From a virus (Duplodnaviria; Caudoviricetes), in the IMG/VR virus record IMGVR_UViG_3300022852_000153, positions 1-45,823 of that record: a DNA stretch of 45,823 nucleotides; one strand, written 5' to 3'. This document shows positions 27,492 to 36,068 of the stretch, in pieces. Both the position numbers and the translations under genes were made by a program. The stretch's first letter is position 1; every line of letters begins with the position of its first letter. Under the pieces are notes generated by a model. That model was given only the letters and a program-made list of their open reading frames with translations, was not told the origin of the DNA and made no database searches.

Positions 27492-27878
27492 CTAATCGGC
27501 GCCCGTGTTTTCCAAGCGTCCGCCCATCTGCACTATCAGAGACCGGAACGGGTTATCCATTTGGGCGGCCATAGCGTCCAGCGCCCTCTTGCGGCGATAG
27601 CACAAGTACTGACGAGCTGTGCGTTCCTTAAGCGTCTGGCGCCCCATCGCTCGGCTCTTCCCTGCGCCAAGCCGGTAGAATGGATGCCGCAAACCCTGGC
27701 GCTTAGGCAGTCCCCATCCGCAGATGTGGATCTCGTCCGCCTCCAGCAGGCGGCGCAGGTTGTACTGAACCGTGGAAGCGACCGCTTCCAGTTCTTCGGC
27801 CAGTTCCGCCAGGCTCATATCGCCATTGGCGAGCGCCGCCAAGATTGCCGGACGCGTGTTGTTGACTGGAGCCATCAC
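27492..27878 (-). CDS. Winged-helix (ArsR-like) DNA-binding protein
   Basis: ILAALANGDMSLAELAEELEAVASTVQYNLRRL...IHICGW. Confidence 0.65.
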   Translation of the reverse strand: MMAPVNNTRPAILAALANGDMSLAELAEELEAVASTVQYNLRRLLEADEIHICGWGLPKRQGLRHPFYRLGAGKSRAMGRQTLKERTARQYLCYRRKRALDAMAAQMDNPFRSLIVQMGGRLENTGAD

Positions 27879-28567
27879 TCTTCTCCCTTTGCCTTTGCGA
27901 GCATTGCCATGACCGTGGGTGATAAAACCTCACCCTTGGCAATGCGGTCGTCCAGCTTTCCAATCCACCTGCGGTGATCTTTGCCGCTTTGGTCAAAGAC
28001 CTTTTCCGCGCCCATCTTCTTCAGCGCCGCAGCAGCTTCTGCTTTGGTCGCCAACGTCTGGCCCGGCGCCGGTAAAGCTGTTCTAGGCTCCGGGATCGGG
28101 TGCCAGCCCCCCTTTCCTAGCTCCTCTGCAAAAGTCTTCTCCCAGCGGCCTTTAATCGACCCGTAGGTGCTGTTGAGCAGGTCTACCGAGCTGACCGAGA
28201 TCGCCGCCCAGTAAACTGCCGGGTGCGACCACTGCCCCATTTCCCCGCGGCGTCGGCAGGACATACCGTGCACAGCTTCGTGGTAAGCAACCTCCGGCGA
28301 CATCCAAGGACGGCACAAGCGGATGAACTCGGGAAGCGTCGGCGGCCACTCGCGCTGTTTGCAGGCTTGCAGACCAACCGAGATTTCATCACCAGAGAAT
28401 CCGGCCAGGTCTTCAGCCCAAACGTCGTGCATCGCAGCTTCTGGGACAGATCCCCACATCTTCGGCAGCTTGTCGCCGTACATCGCGGCAAACCGTTGGA
28501 ACAGCTTTTTCACCCAAGCTGTCGGCAGGCCCTGCGGGGCTTCATACCGGTTCGCCAGTGCTTGCAT
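27875..28567 (-). CDS. Replication protein P-like (helicase loader position)
   Basis: LFQRFAAMYG...W...GLQAC...WPPTLPEFIRLC...WSHPAVYWAA; overlaps end of O-like gene. Confidence 0.72.
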   Translation of the reverse strand: MQALANRYEAPQGLPTAWVKKLFQRFAAMYGDKLPKMWGSVPEAAMHDVWAEDLAGFSGDEISVGLQACKQREWPPTLPEFIRLCRPWMSPEVAYHEAVHGMSCRRRGEMGQWSHPAVYWAAISVSSVDLLNSTYGSIKGRWEKTFAEELGKGGWHPIPEPRTALPAPGQTLATKAEAAAALKKMGAEKVFDQSGKDHRRWIGKLDDRIAKGEVLSPTVMAMLAKAKGEE

Positions 28568-29321
28568 CGAAAGTCCCCAAATCCACTGTTACGGGCTGCG
28601 GATCGCTCCACAGGTTGCTCATCCAATCGTTGTTCTTCTGCGTCTGGGTCGGGCTCTTTGCACTGCCTGCGACCTGGTTCTTCAGCGGGTAGAAGTCAGT
28701 CCACTTCCCCGTTCTAACGCTCTGCTCGATCACTTCCACCGGGTCATGCCCCTGGTCCTTCAGCTTTTCCAGCAGCCTGATACCCATCGATGCCGCTCGT
28801 TCGGTCAGCGGCGCTTTGACATTGATCCGGTGTTCAACCCAGTCCACCCACGCAGATCTTGGTAGCCAGTCCGGCAATTCGATGGCGGCAATCGCCGTAC
28901 GCGCTTTGACGGTTAACTGACGGTTCAATTGACGGTTAATTGACGGTTTGGGGGCAGCAGCTGCCGGGGTGGGGGGCACCTCCTGCCGGGGTGGGGGGGC
29001 AGCAGGTGCCGCCCTGGGCGGCATTTCCTGCCGGGGGGCATTTCCTGCCGGGGCGGCAGCACGTGCCGGGGTGGTGGTCAGGTGGTACATCGTCGAAGTA
29101 CCCAAACGAGACACCGACCGGACGTAACCCATCGACTCCAACGACCTGATTGCATCCCTCACCGCGCGCTCAGACAGACACGTGCGGCGCGATACCTGAG
29201 CCATCGAGGGATAGCATTCGCCCTGGTCGTTCGCGTTATCAGCAAGCGACAACAGCACAAGTTTTTGCGTGCTGGAAAGGTCCTGAAGCTTCCAGGCCTC
29301 AGTCATCAGCGTGATGCTCAT
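28542..29321 (-). CDS. Replication initiator (O-like, N-terminal HTH)
   Basis: KLVLLSLADNANDQGECYPS...LSERAVRDAIRSLE; internal iterons; LPDWLPRSAWVDWVEHR C-terminal domain. Confidence 0.85.
   Translation of the reverse strand: MSITLMTEAWKLQDLSSTQKLVLLSLADNANDQGECYPSMAQVSRRTCLSERAVRDAIRSLESMGYVRSVSRLGTSTMYHLTTTPARAAAPAGNAPRQEMPPRAAPAAPPPRQEVPPTPAAAAPKPSINRQLNRQLTVKARTAIAAIELPDWLPRSAWVDWVEHRINVKAPLTERAASMGIRLLEKLKDQGHDPVEVIEQSVRTGKWTDFYPLKNQVAGSAKSPTQTQKNNDWMSNLWSDPQPVTVDLGTFDASTGEPV
28961..29072. repeat. Iteron-like repeats (probable replication origin) inside the initiator gene
   Basis: Five copies of (C/G)TGCCGGGG at about 28961, 28983, 29028, 29045 and 29063, beside an AT-richer tract at ~28910-28950. 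Confidence 0.7.
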
Positions 29322-29758
29322 GCAGCCTCCAGCATTCCAGCAGCCTCCAGGGCTGCATCAGGGAACTCCAAGCCTTGGGCTTGCAGTTGCTCAATGCACC
29401 ACACCAGCAGGTCCATCTGCTTGCCATAGCGCGTCTCAAACACGGCTTTACGCGGATGGACGGCGATAGCAAGGCCGTCGTCTTGGTGGTGGCTTCCGCA
29501 AAGCGGCAGAACTTTCCAATGCGCGTCGGGCTTCGTCCGGCCGTCGATGTGGTGGATCGACACGTAGTCGTTAAAGATTCCATCCATACGGCAAGCAACG
29601 CAGCCAATGCGGCTGGCGAGCTGGTCATGGAGTGCCTTCTGAGCGGTCGACACCGACGAGCCCTTCATGCCCTTCGATTTCATAGGCTGGCTGCGGCGAG
29701 CGATGGCGCCACGGGCGCGCAAAGGCGTGCTGCGCTTGAGGGTTGAATTCCAGGTCAT
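29318..29758 (-). CDS. Ref-like (recombination enhancement) HNH-type nuclease
   Basis: GCVACRMDG...SIHHIDGRTKPDAHWKVLPLCGSHHQ; basic N-terminus. Confidence 0.75.
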   Translation of the reverse strand: MTWNSTLKRSTPLRARGAIARRSQPMKSKGMKGSSVSTAQKALHDQLASRIGCVACRMDGIFNDYVSIHHIDGRTKPDAHWKVLPLCGSHHQDDGLAIAVHPRKAVFETRYGKQMDLLVWCIEQLQAQGLEFPDAALEAAGMLEAA

Positions 29759-30180
29759 GCTGCCTCCACTTCCAGGAGAACGCCGCGGCTCGCAAAGTCG
29801 TCACGGACGGCTTCGGCGTACTTGGTCAGTTGCTTGGTGGTCATGCGGGAAGTGACGGGGAAGACGCGCATCACGAGCAGCTTTTGCTCGTAGGACAAGC
29901 CTTTGATGGCGCCGTCATACGCTGCGCGGAACTCTTCGTCTTCGGCACGCAAGATAGGCACGCCGTGGTGCAGCTTGCAGTAGCACTTCCAGCCCAGCGC
30001 ATCGTCTTCCGGCAGAGACAGAGAGATTTCCTCGTACCAGGCGTGGGAAAAGGCGTTCTGAGACTTCGAGCGAGTCTTGGCCTTGATCTCCACCTTGTAG
30101 CCATCCGGCGCGTGTGCGCAGGCATAGGCCGCGTTACGGCGGACCAGAGGGCTAGACAGGATGAAGACCTGGTTTGCCAT
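29755..30180 (-). CDS. ninB: NinB/Orf-family recombination protein
   Basis: TRSKSQNAFSHAWYEEI...WK...TSRMTTKQLTKYAE. Confidence 0.75.
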   Translation of the reverse strand: MANQVFILSSPLVRRNAAYACAHAPDGYKVEIKAKTRSKSQNAFSHAWYEEISLSLPEDDALGWKCYCKLHHGVPILRAEDEEFRAAYDGAIKGLSYEQKLLVMRVFPVTSRMTTKQLTKYAEAVRDDFASRGVLLEVEAA

Positions 30181-30689
30181 TACTTGCTCGCTGCGCGCAG
30201 GACGTTGCGCTCCATGCGGTGCAGCAAGACACGAGTCGCACGCAACAGGGGAACCAACTGATCGGCCTCAGCTTGGTCAATCTGGCTATCCGCGGTGGTC
30301 TGGGCCGTCACCGCGGCGATCTTGCCCATTTCGGTAGCCAGCGCGAGGAACTTGTCCTGCAGCGCCTTCGCTTCGTTCTCCCATCCACCAACAGGAGCAG
30401 CCGGCACGTCGTCGACGAACACGCCCTCTTGAGCGTTCAGCGACAGAAGCCAGTCATTCGACTTGTGCTGGGCGCCTGCATCGTTCCGAACAAACTCAGC
30501 CAGAAGAACGGCAACGTCGACGTCCAGTTGGTCGCCACCACGCAGCTTGCGACGGAGCGATTCCGGGTGAATGGACGTATCGCGTCGAAGCGTCAGGAAC
30601 TGGGCGGCAGCTTCGACACCGCCGTCAGCAGCGCGAACCGCGTTGTAGAGAGCGTCACGCCAGTAGGTAATGGTGGTGGGGCAAGTCAT
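30180..30689 (-). CDS. CII-position phage regulatory protein
   Basis: Downstream of cro; ALYNAVRAADGGVEAAA...LRRKL, C-terminal DSQIDQAEAD. Confidence 0.65.
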   Translation of the reverse strand: MTCPTTITYWRDALYNAVRAADGGVEAAAQFLTLRRDTSIHPESLRRKLRGGDQLDVDVAVLLAEFVRNDAGAQHKSNDWLLSLNAQEGVFVDDVPAAPVGGWENEAKALQDKFLALATEMGKIAAVTAQTTADSQIDQAEADQLVPLLRATRVLLHRMERNVLRAASK

Positions 30690-30772
30690 TACGTTGGATT
30701 CCTGATGATTTCAGCGTTTCGGTACTAGTGCGGCTTTACTAAGATTCACCGCATGGAACAACTCAACTCTCT

Positions 30773-31042
30773 CTACAGCGCAACTTCGGCAGTTACCGCT
30801 TTCGCTTTGCGGATCCGGCGCGGCTTGCGCAACACGTCCCAGCGGAAGTTCGGCACTAGCTCTTCACAGATCACCCGCTTGCCGGTAGCCTCTTCGATGA
30901 CCGGGCAGTGCTCCGAAGGGAGCGGCCGCGAGCCGTTGACCCACTGGCTAACCGACTGCGGGGTAACGCCGAGGATTGCGGCCAGAGCTTTCTGACTTCC
31001 CACAATCGAGATGGCCTTTTCGAGGCCGACATTTCGGTCCAT
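30773..31042 (-). CDS. cro: Cro-like repressor (YdaS family)
   Basis: GSQKALAAILGVTPQSVSQWVNG...CPVIEEATG...CEELVP; divergent from cI. Confidence 0.88.
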   Translation of the reverse strand: MDRNVGLEKAISIVGSQKALAAILGVTPQSVSQWVNGSRPLPSEHCPVIEEATGKRVICEELVPNFRWDVLRKPRRIRKAKAVTAEVAL

Positions 31043-31051
31043 ATCCGGTCC

Positions 31052-31145
31052 TAAAGCATCACTTGCCTCAATACTAAACTAATGCTTTATCAAAAGCAAT
31101 CATTGCTTGCACGCGTTGCGCCCAAGCACAATCAAGCAATGCTTT
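31052..31145. promoter_or_regulatory. OR region: pR, pRM-like promoter and operators
   Basis: pR on minus strand TTGCTT(31099-31094)-17-TAGTAT(31076-31071); plus strand TTGCTT(31103)-18-CACAAT(31127); imperfect palindromes TAAACTAATGCTTTA (31075-31089), AAGCAATCATTGCTT, CAAGCAATGCTTT. Confidence 0.75.
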
Positions 31146-32176
31146 CCTCCGCCCTAATTCAAGAACTCCTCTCCTCGCCTCCCGCGGATCTCGCTGGCAA
31201 AGTCGCCGCGACCATCGGGCGGGGGCTTGTGCCCGCTAAAGATGTGGCGGAGGCGTGCGGAGTGACTGTCCAGGCCATCAACGGCTGGAAGACGAACGGG
31301 CGCGTGGGAAAACAGCACATCAAGACGCTGGCCCGCCTGACCGGCCTGCCTGTGTCGTGGTGGCTGCCGGGTGATGATCTGGAAGATGAGTCGACGTCAG
31401 TAGGCTCGACGCCCTGGCCGTTTGCATCTATCGATCGCGAACGGATCGAAGCCCTACCGGCTGATCGCCTGAAGCATCTCGAAGGCGTGATGCTCTTCGC
31501 CTTGCAGGGCTATGCAGAAGGGATTTCAACTATTCATGTGCCGGAACCCCGTGCCTCGCTAGCCCATAGCGCCCGTGGGTCAGTAGTTGATATGGACGCA
31601 GCTGCAGATCTGTTCCCAATGCGTGCCAAAGAAGTAGCGACTGCACCGCTCCGAATCAGCACCCAGACGGGAGTCATCGCCAACGTCGGCCCTGCTGAGC
31701 CGCACGCTGCGAACGACGCATTCGAGATGGTTCAAGAATTGGCTGATGTGCGCCTGGCAGCTGGTGACGGCATTGAAGCCCACAGCGAAGAACAGACTGG
31801 AATGATTCAGTTTCGCCGCTCTTTTCTGAAGGAAGTTGGCGCAGACGGCGGCAAGGCACGCGTGGTGTACGCCAAGGGCGACAGCATGGAACCGGTTATC
31901 CGCGACGGTGCCGCCCTGCTCGTAGTCCCGAATGAAAACCTGACCATCCGCGACTTGGCTGCGGGCGGTGTATACGCCATCAACTATGACGGCAAGATGA
32001 TCGTCAAGACGGTGGCGCGGGACAAGCTGACGCAGCGTTGGGTAGCTCGATCTTTCAATCCAACCTATGCGGATATCCCGCTGGAGAACGGCCACCCGGT
32101 GCGAGTGCTGGGTCAGGTTGTGTGGGCTGGCGCTCGGCTGCGAGATGACGAGGCGGGACAGTGGGTCCGCTCTTAG
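31139..32176 (+). CDS. cI: CI-like repressor (HTH + S24 peptidase)
   Basis: KDVAEACGVTVQAINGWKTNG HTH; LAAGDG cleavage-like site; KGDSMEP and MIVK catalytic Ser/Lys. Start placed at ATG 31139. Confidence 0.92.
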   Translation: MLSSALIQELLSSPPADLAGKVAATIGRGLVPAKDVAEACGVTVQAINGWKTNGRVGKQHIKTLARLTGLPVSWWLPGDDLEDESTSVGSTPWPFASIDRERIEALPADRLKHLEGVMLFALQGYAEGISTIHVPEPRASLAHSARGSVVDMDAAADLFPMRAKEVATAPLRISTQTGVIANVGPAEPHAANDAFEMVQELADVRLAAGDGIEAHSEEQTGMIQFRRSFLKEVGADGGKARVVYAKGDSMEPVIRDGAALLVVPNENLTIRDLAAGGVYAINYDGKMIVKTVARDKLTQRWVARSFNPTYADIPLENGHPVRVLGQVVWAGARLRDDEAGQWVRS

Positions 32177-32203
32177 ACCTTTTTTTACAGGTGAGGTAAC
32201 CGA

Positions 32204-32635
32204 ATGCGATTGGCCGCTCTAGTTGTTGCGTCTCTTCTGATCACTGGCTGTGCAACACCGCCAGGGAAATTGAAGCAAGACGACTTCGATTGGTCGGAGT
32301 CCGTTCTGACTATCGCGCCTGAAAAGGCGTTTGCAGGGCTGCAGAACTACGCCCGCTTGTGCGGTGGAATTCTGAACCAGGCTCCTGAGTGGTATCCCAC
32401 GCAGACGGGTGACGGATCCAAGGTAGATCTGTTCATGCGAGGGCTCGCCGGCCAAACGGAGTTTGTCTACGGCGTGATTGAGTTAAGCCGAACGTCGGAT
32501 GGAGGCACCCTTGCCAAGACCGGAATTCAAACGGTCTATTCAAAACCTGCCTTCCGTAAGCGTGGATGGTGGATTGAAAAGGTTCAGACCATGTTTGCCG
32601 AGATTGATTCTGGCAAGACTCCTTCGTGCCAATAA
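32204..32635 (+). CDS. Lipoprotein, function unknown
   Basis: MRLAALVVASLLITGC lipobox; GAGG RBS. Confidence 0.75.
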   Translation: MRLAALVVASLLITGCATPPGKLKQDDFDWSESVLTIAPEKAFAGLQNYARLCGGILNQAPEWYPTQTGDGSKVDLFMRGLAGQTEFVYGVIELSRTSDGGTLAKTGIQTVYSKPAFRKRGWWIEKVQTMFAEIDSGKTPSCQ

Positions 32636-32655
32636 CGCCACACCTTGAGGTCAAC

Positions 32656-33120
32656 ATGCGACGTACAACAGCTTTGCTGGGCGCCGTCCTGTTACTTACG
32701 ACTAGCACCACGGTTTTAGCCCAAGACAAGGTCATGACTCTATCGGCGATTTGCAAGGAGCCGCAAGGTCATTTGATCAGCTACCAGAGCAAGGATGGCA
32801 ATCCGGAGCGGGTGAAGGATGGTTTTAAGAACGCCGCTTGGTCATTCCAGTGGAGCACAGCCACCCCGGGTGTTGGCCGGGTGGTCACCCAAGACTCTCA
32901 AAGCGCCGGTAGTGGAACCAGGGGCGCCGACGCATCGGTAAGGTTCAGTGACGGCCTGGAGTCGATATCGTTCTTCGTCTTTTATGAATCAGGCCTGTGG
33001 GTCTACACACTGTTCCCCTCTTCTAAGGTGATGGTTGCCTCCCGCCACATGATCAGTTCCCTTCATCAAGGTGGTAGCGGCGCGGTCTTTAGCGCTAAAT
33101 GCGACATGGGAATTCAATAA
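32656..33120 (+). CDS. Secreted/periplasmic protein, function unknown
   Basis: GAGG RBS then MRRTTALLGAVLLLTTSTTVLA signal peptide; two Cys. Confidence 0.7.
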   Translation: MRRTTALLGAVLLLTTSTTVLAQDKVMTLSAICKEPQGHLISYQSKDGNPERVKDGFKNAAWSFQWSTATPGVGRVVTQDSQSAGSGTRGADASVRFSDGLESISFFVFYESGLWVYTLFPSSKVMVASRHMISSLHQGGSGAVFSAKCDMGIQ

Positions 33121-33157
33121 TCTTCCCGTTGCGCCTTGCGAACGCTAGAATCGCCGC

Positions 33158-33454
33158 ATGATCACAATCATCTTCTTCTGGTTGTTGTTCGCCCTAGTGG
33201 TGGGCATGATCGCCTCCAGCCGAGGGCGTAGCGGATTCGGATGGTTCATACTGGCTTGTCTAATCAGCCCGCTATTGGCTGGAATCTTTCTTCTCCTGGG
33301 CGCCAATCTGCGTAGCCAGGAGCCACGCCCTACCCCAGCCACCCACGTCAAGTGTCCGGACTGTAGAGAGTTGATCATCAAGGATGCTCGCGTGTGCCGC
33401 CACTGCGGTTGCAGGCTAGTCGTCCCGGGGTCTACCCTCCCCGATCAACGATGA
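33158..33454 (+). CDS. Two-TM membrane protein with C-terminal zinc ribbon
   Basis: ASSRGRSGFGWFIL motif; CPDC...CRHC. Confidence 0.75.
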   Translation: MITIIFFWLLFALVVGMIASSRGRSGFGWFILACLISPLLAGIFLLLGANLRSQEPRPTPATHVKCPDCRELIIKDARVCRHCGCRLVVPGSTLPDQR

Positions 33455-33537
33455 GCCATTCCCCAATCGCCAGAGCGGGGGACGTCATCGCCGCCGTCAT
33501 CTAGATCACAGTCTACTAAGCATCACCACCTAGCCAC

Positions 33538-33559
33538 AGCCGCTTTCGGGCGGCTTTTT
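33538..33559 (+). terminator. Intrinsic terminator ending the cI operon
   Basis: AGCCGC-TTTCGG-GCGGCT then TTTT. Confidence 0.75.
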
Positions 33560-33570
33560 CGCGCCTCAAC

Positions 33571-33611
33571 TTAAATCATTGCTTGCTTTTAAGATAAAGC
33601 AATGGTTTAAT
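33571..33611 (+). promoter_or_regulatory. pL-like promoter with OL operators
   Basis: TTGCTT(33583-33588)-17-TTTAAT(33606-33611); TAAAGCAATGGTTTA (33595-33609) matches the reverse complement of the OR site at 13/15; second site TAAATCATTGCTTG. Confidence 0.8.
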
Positions 33612-33933
33612 TGATTCCAACGCAGCACGAATTCCGCAGAACGCGTGGCCCCGAGGGCAGCAAGTAACGGATTTGGAGCCGCAGCAGGACAGGCGGTGGC
33701 CCCGCCGAGAGAGAAAGCCCGGATGCCCAGACCGTAAGAGTGGTGGTGAACCACGCGGGAATTGCCTAGCCAGGGCTGCAACCTGGTGGACCGGATCGCT
33801 AGGACGAGTGCCCCTTGGGAGTCCTAGACGCTGCGAGCAAGGGACGCAAATGAGCCTCTAGTGAGGCCACATTTGAATCGCCGCTGGTGGTCAGCGCTGC
33901 GATTCGTATGTGATGACCAATTACCCCGGAGAA

Positions 33934-34347
33934 ATGATGAAGAAGCTCTTAGTGGTTCTGCCGCTGGTTGCCTTGCTCGCAGCTTGTGACGATGACGCCC
34001 GAGTCGCCAGCCGCAACCTGTCCAAGGCTGCGGACAACTTCGAAGTGAACCGCCGCATCGTCTTCTACAACGGCATCACCGACCAGTACATGCTGACCGT
34101 CGAAGGTCGGTGTTCGATCGATACCAGCTCGACCGGTAAGACGTTGCATGTGATCTGCATGACCGGCCCTGGCGAATACAAGAAACACTTTCTCGGCCTG
34201 TCGGACAACGTGACCTTCTTTGCCGAGCAGCTGGAAGCCGTGAAGGCCAGTGCGTATCACTACCGCGTCACGTTCAAGCCCCAACAGATCATCCCGGATA
34301 TCGACTTCCGCGGCAGCACCAAGGCGCTGAAGGATCTGGCGAACTAA
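33934..34347 (+). CDS. Conserved phage lipoprotein
   Basis: GGAG RBS; LLAAC lipobox; ASRNLSKAADNFEVNRRIVFYNGITD...YKKHFLGLSDNVTFF. Confidence 0.8.
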   Translation: MMKKLLVVLPLVALLAACDDDARVASRNLSKAADNFEVNRRIVFYNGITDQYMLTVEGRCSIDTSSTGKTLHVICMTGPGEYKKHFLGLSDNVTFFAEQLEAVKASAYHYRVTFKPQQIIPDIDFRGSTKALKDLAN

Positions 34348-34380
34348 CTCTGCCTGCGCCGTGACAGGACGCAGACACGT

Positions 34381-34521
34381 GAATCCTGAAAGAAGCGGCA
34401 GCACGGAAGGACGTGCACGAAAAAGCAGAGCGGGATACAGACTGCCCCCGAATAGGGTGCGCAAGTGTCCTCGGAAGGCCCGCTAGGTGGTATCAAGCCC
34501 ACCCCGCTTCTTTCAGGATTC
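34381..34521 (+). ncRNA. tRNA-shaped structured element A
   Basis: Perfect 18-bp closing stem (34381-34398/34504-34521), D-like arm GCAC-GGAAGGAC-GTGC, T-like arm GGTGG-TATCAAGC-CCACC; no canonical anticodon arm. Confidence 0.6.
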
Positions 34522-34547
34522 CTACCGATTAACAAGGAGAACGAGAA

Positions 34548-34868
34548 ATGACGGAGCTTAGGAAGCTAGTCCAGGACGGCAACGTTGCGGTGATTGTGTC
34601 GCCCGATTACGGAGCAGGGTGGAGTACATGGAACAGTGAGCATGGCAGTCAAATCCTGTTCGACCCCGAAATTGCTGCTGCGTTGCTTGCAGAGGATAAA
34701 TCCAGGGCGCGACAGATAGCGGACGACAAGTACCCGGATGTGTATGCGGGCGGCCTTGATAAGGCAATCGTCAAGTGGGTGCCTCAGGGCCAGCGCTTTG
34801 TCATCAACGAATACGACGGCTACGAATCTCTTGAGGTCTTGGGGCCTGACTACGGACACGTCGCCTAA
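34548..34868 (+). CDS. Hypothetical phage protein
   Basis: AAGGAG RBS; VAVIVSPDYGAGWSTWN...FVINEYDGYESL. Confidence 0.75.
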   Translation: MTELRKLVQDGNVAVIVSPDYGAGWSTWNSEHGSQILFDPEIAAALLAEDKSRARQIADDKYPDVYAGGLDKAIVKWVPQGQRFVINEYDGYESLEVLGPDYGHVA

Positions 34869-34907
34869 CCCCTCCCTATTAGCAGCCCGAATGGCAAAGG
34901 AGAAGAT

Positions 34908-35246
34908 ATGACAACGCATACGCCGGGGCCATGGCATCGGAACGTACCGCCAGCAAGCAAGTACGCCACTATCTTTGCGGGGCGGAACAACCACATTTGC
35001 ACCCTAAGCACTCCCAGCAAAACCGAAGGGGAACTTGAAGCGAATGCAGACCTTATCGCCGCAGCCCCGTTGCTTCTTGAGGCGCTGAAGGACCTCCTTG
35101 CATACCACTCGCAACCGACCGGTTTCGATACGGCTGTGTGCATGGACGACAAGCAGTTTGGCGAGTTCCTCAAGGGAATCACGGCAAATGGAGACGAGCT
35201 GGCCGCAAAGGCTCGCGCTGCCATCTCCAAAGCCACTGGAGCATAG
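34908..35246 (+). CDS. Hypothetical phage protein (HTPGPW / ANADLIAAAP type)
   Basis: AAGGAG RBS; motifs common in phage early genes. Confidence 0.75.
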   Translation: MTTHTPGPWHRNVPPASKYATIFAGRNNHICTLSTPSKTEGELEANADLIAAAPLLLEALKDLLAYHSQPTGFDTAVCMDDKQFGEFLKGITANGDELAAKARAAISKATGA

Positions 35247-35248
35247 CC

Positions 35249-35416
35249 ATGACAACCACCCACTACGCAGCATCCGCCAGCAACGCCATGGCAAGTTGGT
35301 ACCAGATGTGGGACCAGGCCGACGCTACGTACTGGGTAACGCTAGGTCGTGACGGCTGGTACTCGTACGGTCTTGGCGTGATGGACGACTTTGGCAATCT
35401 GGTAAAGGTGAAGTAA
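35249..35416 (+). CDS. Hypothetical protein
   Basis: GGAG RBS; MTTTHYAAS...DDFGNLVKVK. Confidence 0.55.
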   Translation: MTTTHYAASASNAMASWYQMWDQADATYWVTLGRDGWYSYGLGVMDDFGNLVKVK

Positions 35417-35463
35417 CGCGCTCAGGGCCGCGCAAGCCCTGAACCAACATAAGGAACGAGTGA

Positions 35464-35589
35464 ATGTTCTTGTTCTTCCTGATCCTGGCGGCGTGGTCAG
35501 AACCTCGCCCGCTTTGGTGCCCGCCTCCTGCCAGAGGCCCCTACCGTGAACCGCCTAAGCCGCGAGTGTGGAAAGTGGAGTGGGGTTAG
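35464..35589 (+). CDS. Possible 41-aa peptide (hydrophobic N-terminus, Pro-rich)
   Basis: TAAGGA upstream; MFLFFLILAAWSEPRPLWCPPPARGPYREPPKPRVWKVEWG. Confidence 0.4.
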   Translation: MFLFFLILAAWSEPRPLWCPPPARGPYREPPKPRVWKVEWG

Positions 35590-35764
35590 TGACCGGTAAC
35601 CCTACATATATAGCGGTTGGCAGGCCGCAAACATACATTAGCTAGCAGTACGTGAACCTGGGCCGCGTTAGTGTCCAGGGCCTCCAAGGATGCGGAGCCT
35701 TTTATTCATTCGTTCCGCGAAAAAGCGCATGAGTCCCACAGCAGTACCGGTGGCTCCGCATCCT

Positions 35765-35932
35765 TGGGGGTGAATGCGCAATGCTGATGCGCTAGGCAAG
35801 GTTCAACGCTAAACGGAGACAGGGTGCCGACCGCACTGCGTCAATGAATAGAGGGCGTTGTTCTGTGCGGTCATGGGCAAAGCTGCACCTCTTTGCTCAA
35901 TGCAGGAAATCAGCTCCTGCCACCCCCACCCA
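35765..35932 (+). ncRNA. tRNA-shaped kissing-loop element B
   Basis: TGGGGGTG/CACCCCCA closing stem then CCCA; GCGC-AATGCTGAT-GCGC; GCAGG-AAATCAGCT-CCTGC; loops complementary (GCTGAT/ATCAGC). Confidence 0.62.
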
Positions 35933-36068
35933 AATCTCCCTGGCGCCGTGCAACAGTCGGCCGTCTCCCGGACGAAACCCGGGGTCCTCAAGAGAGGTGG
36001 CTGCGGCCGACCACGGCACAGTCAAAAGTCTGGACGACACCTTAGCGGTGACTGGCAGCCGCCTCCCT

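Noticed and set aside
28961-29072. Novel G-rich repeat element
   Set aside because: Explained as iterons within the initiator gene, as in lambda O.
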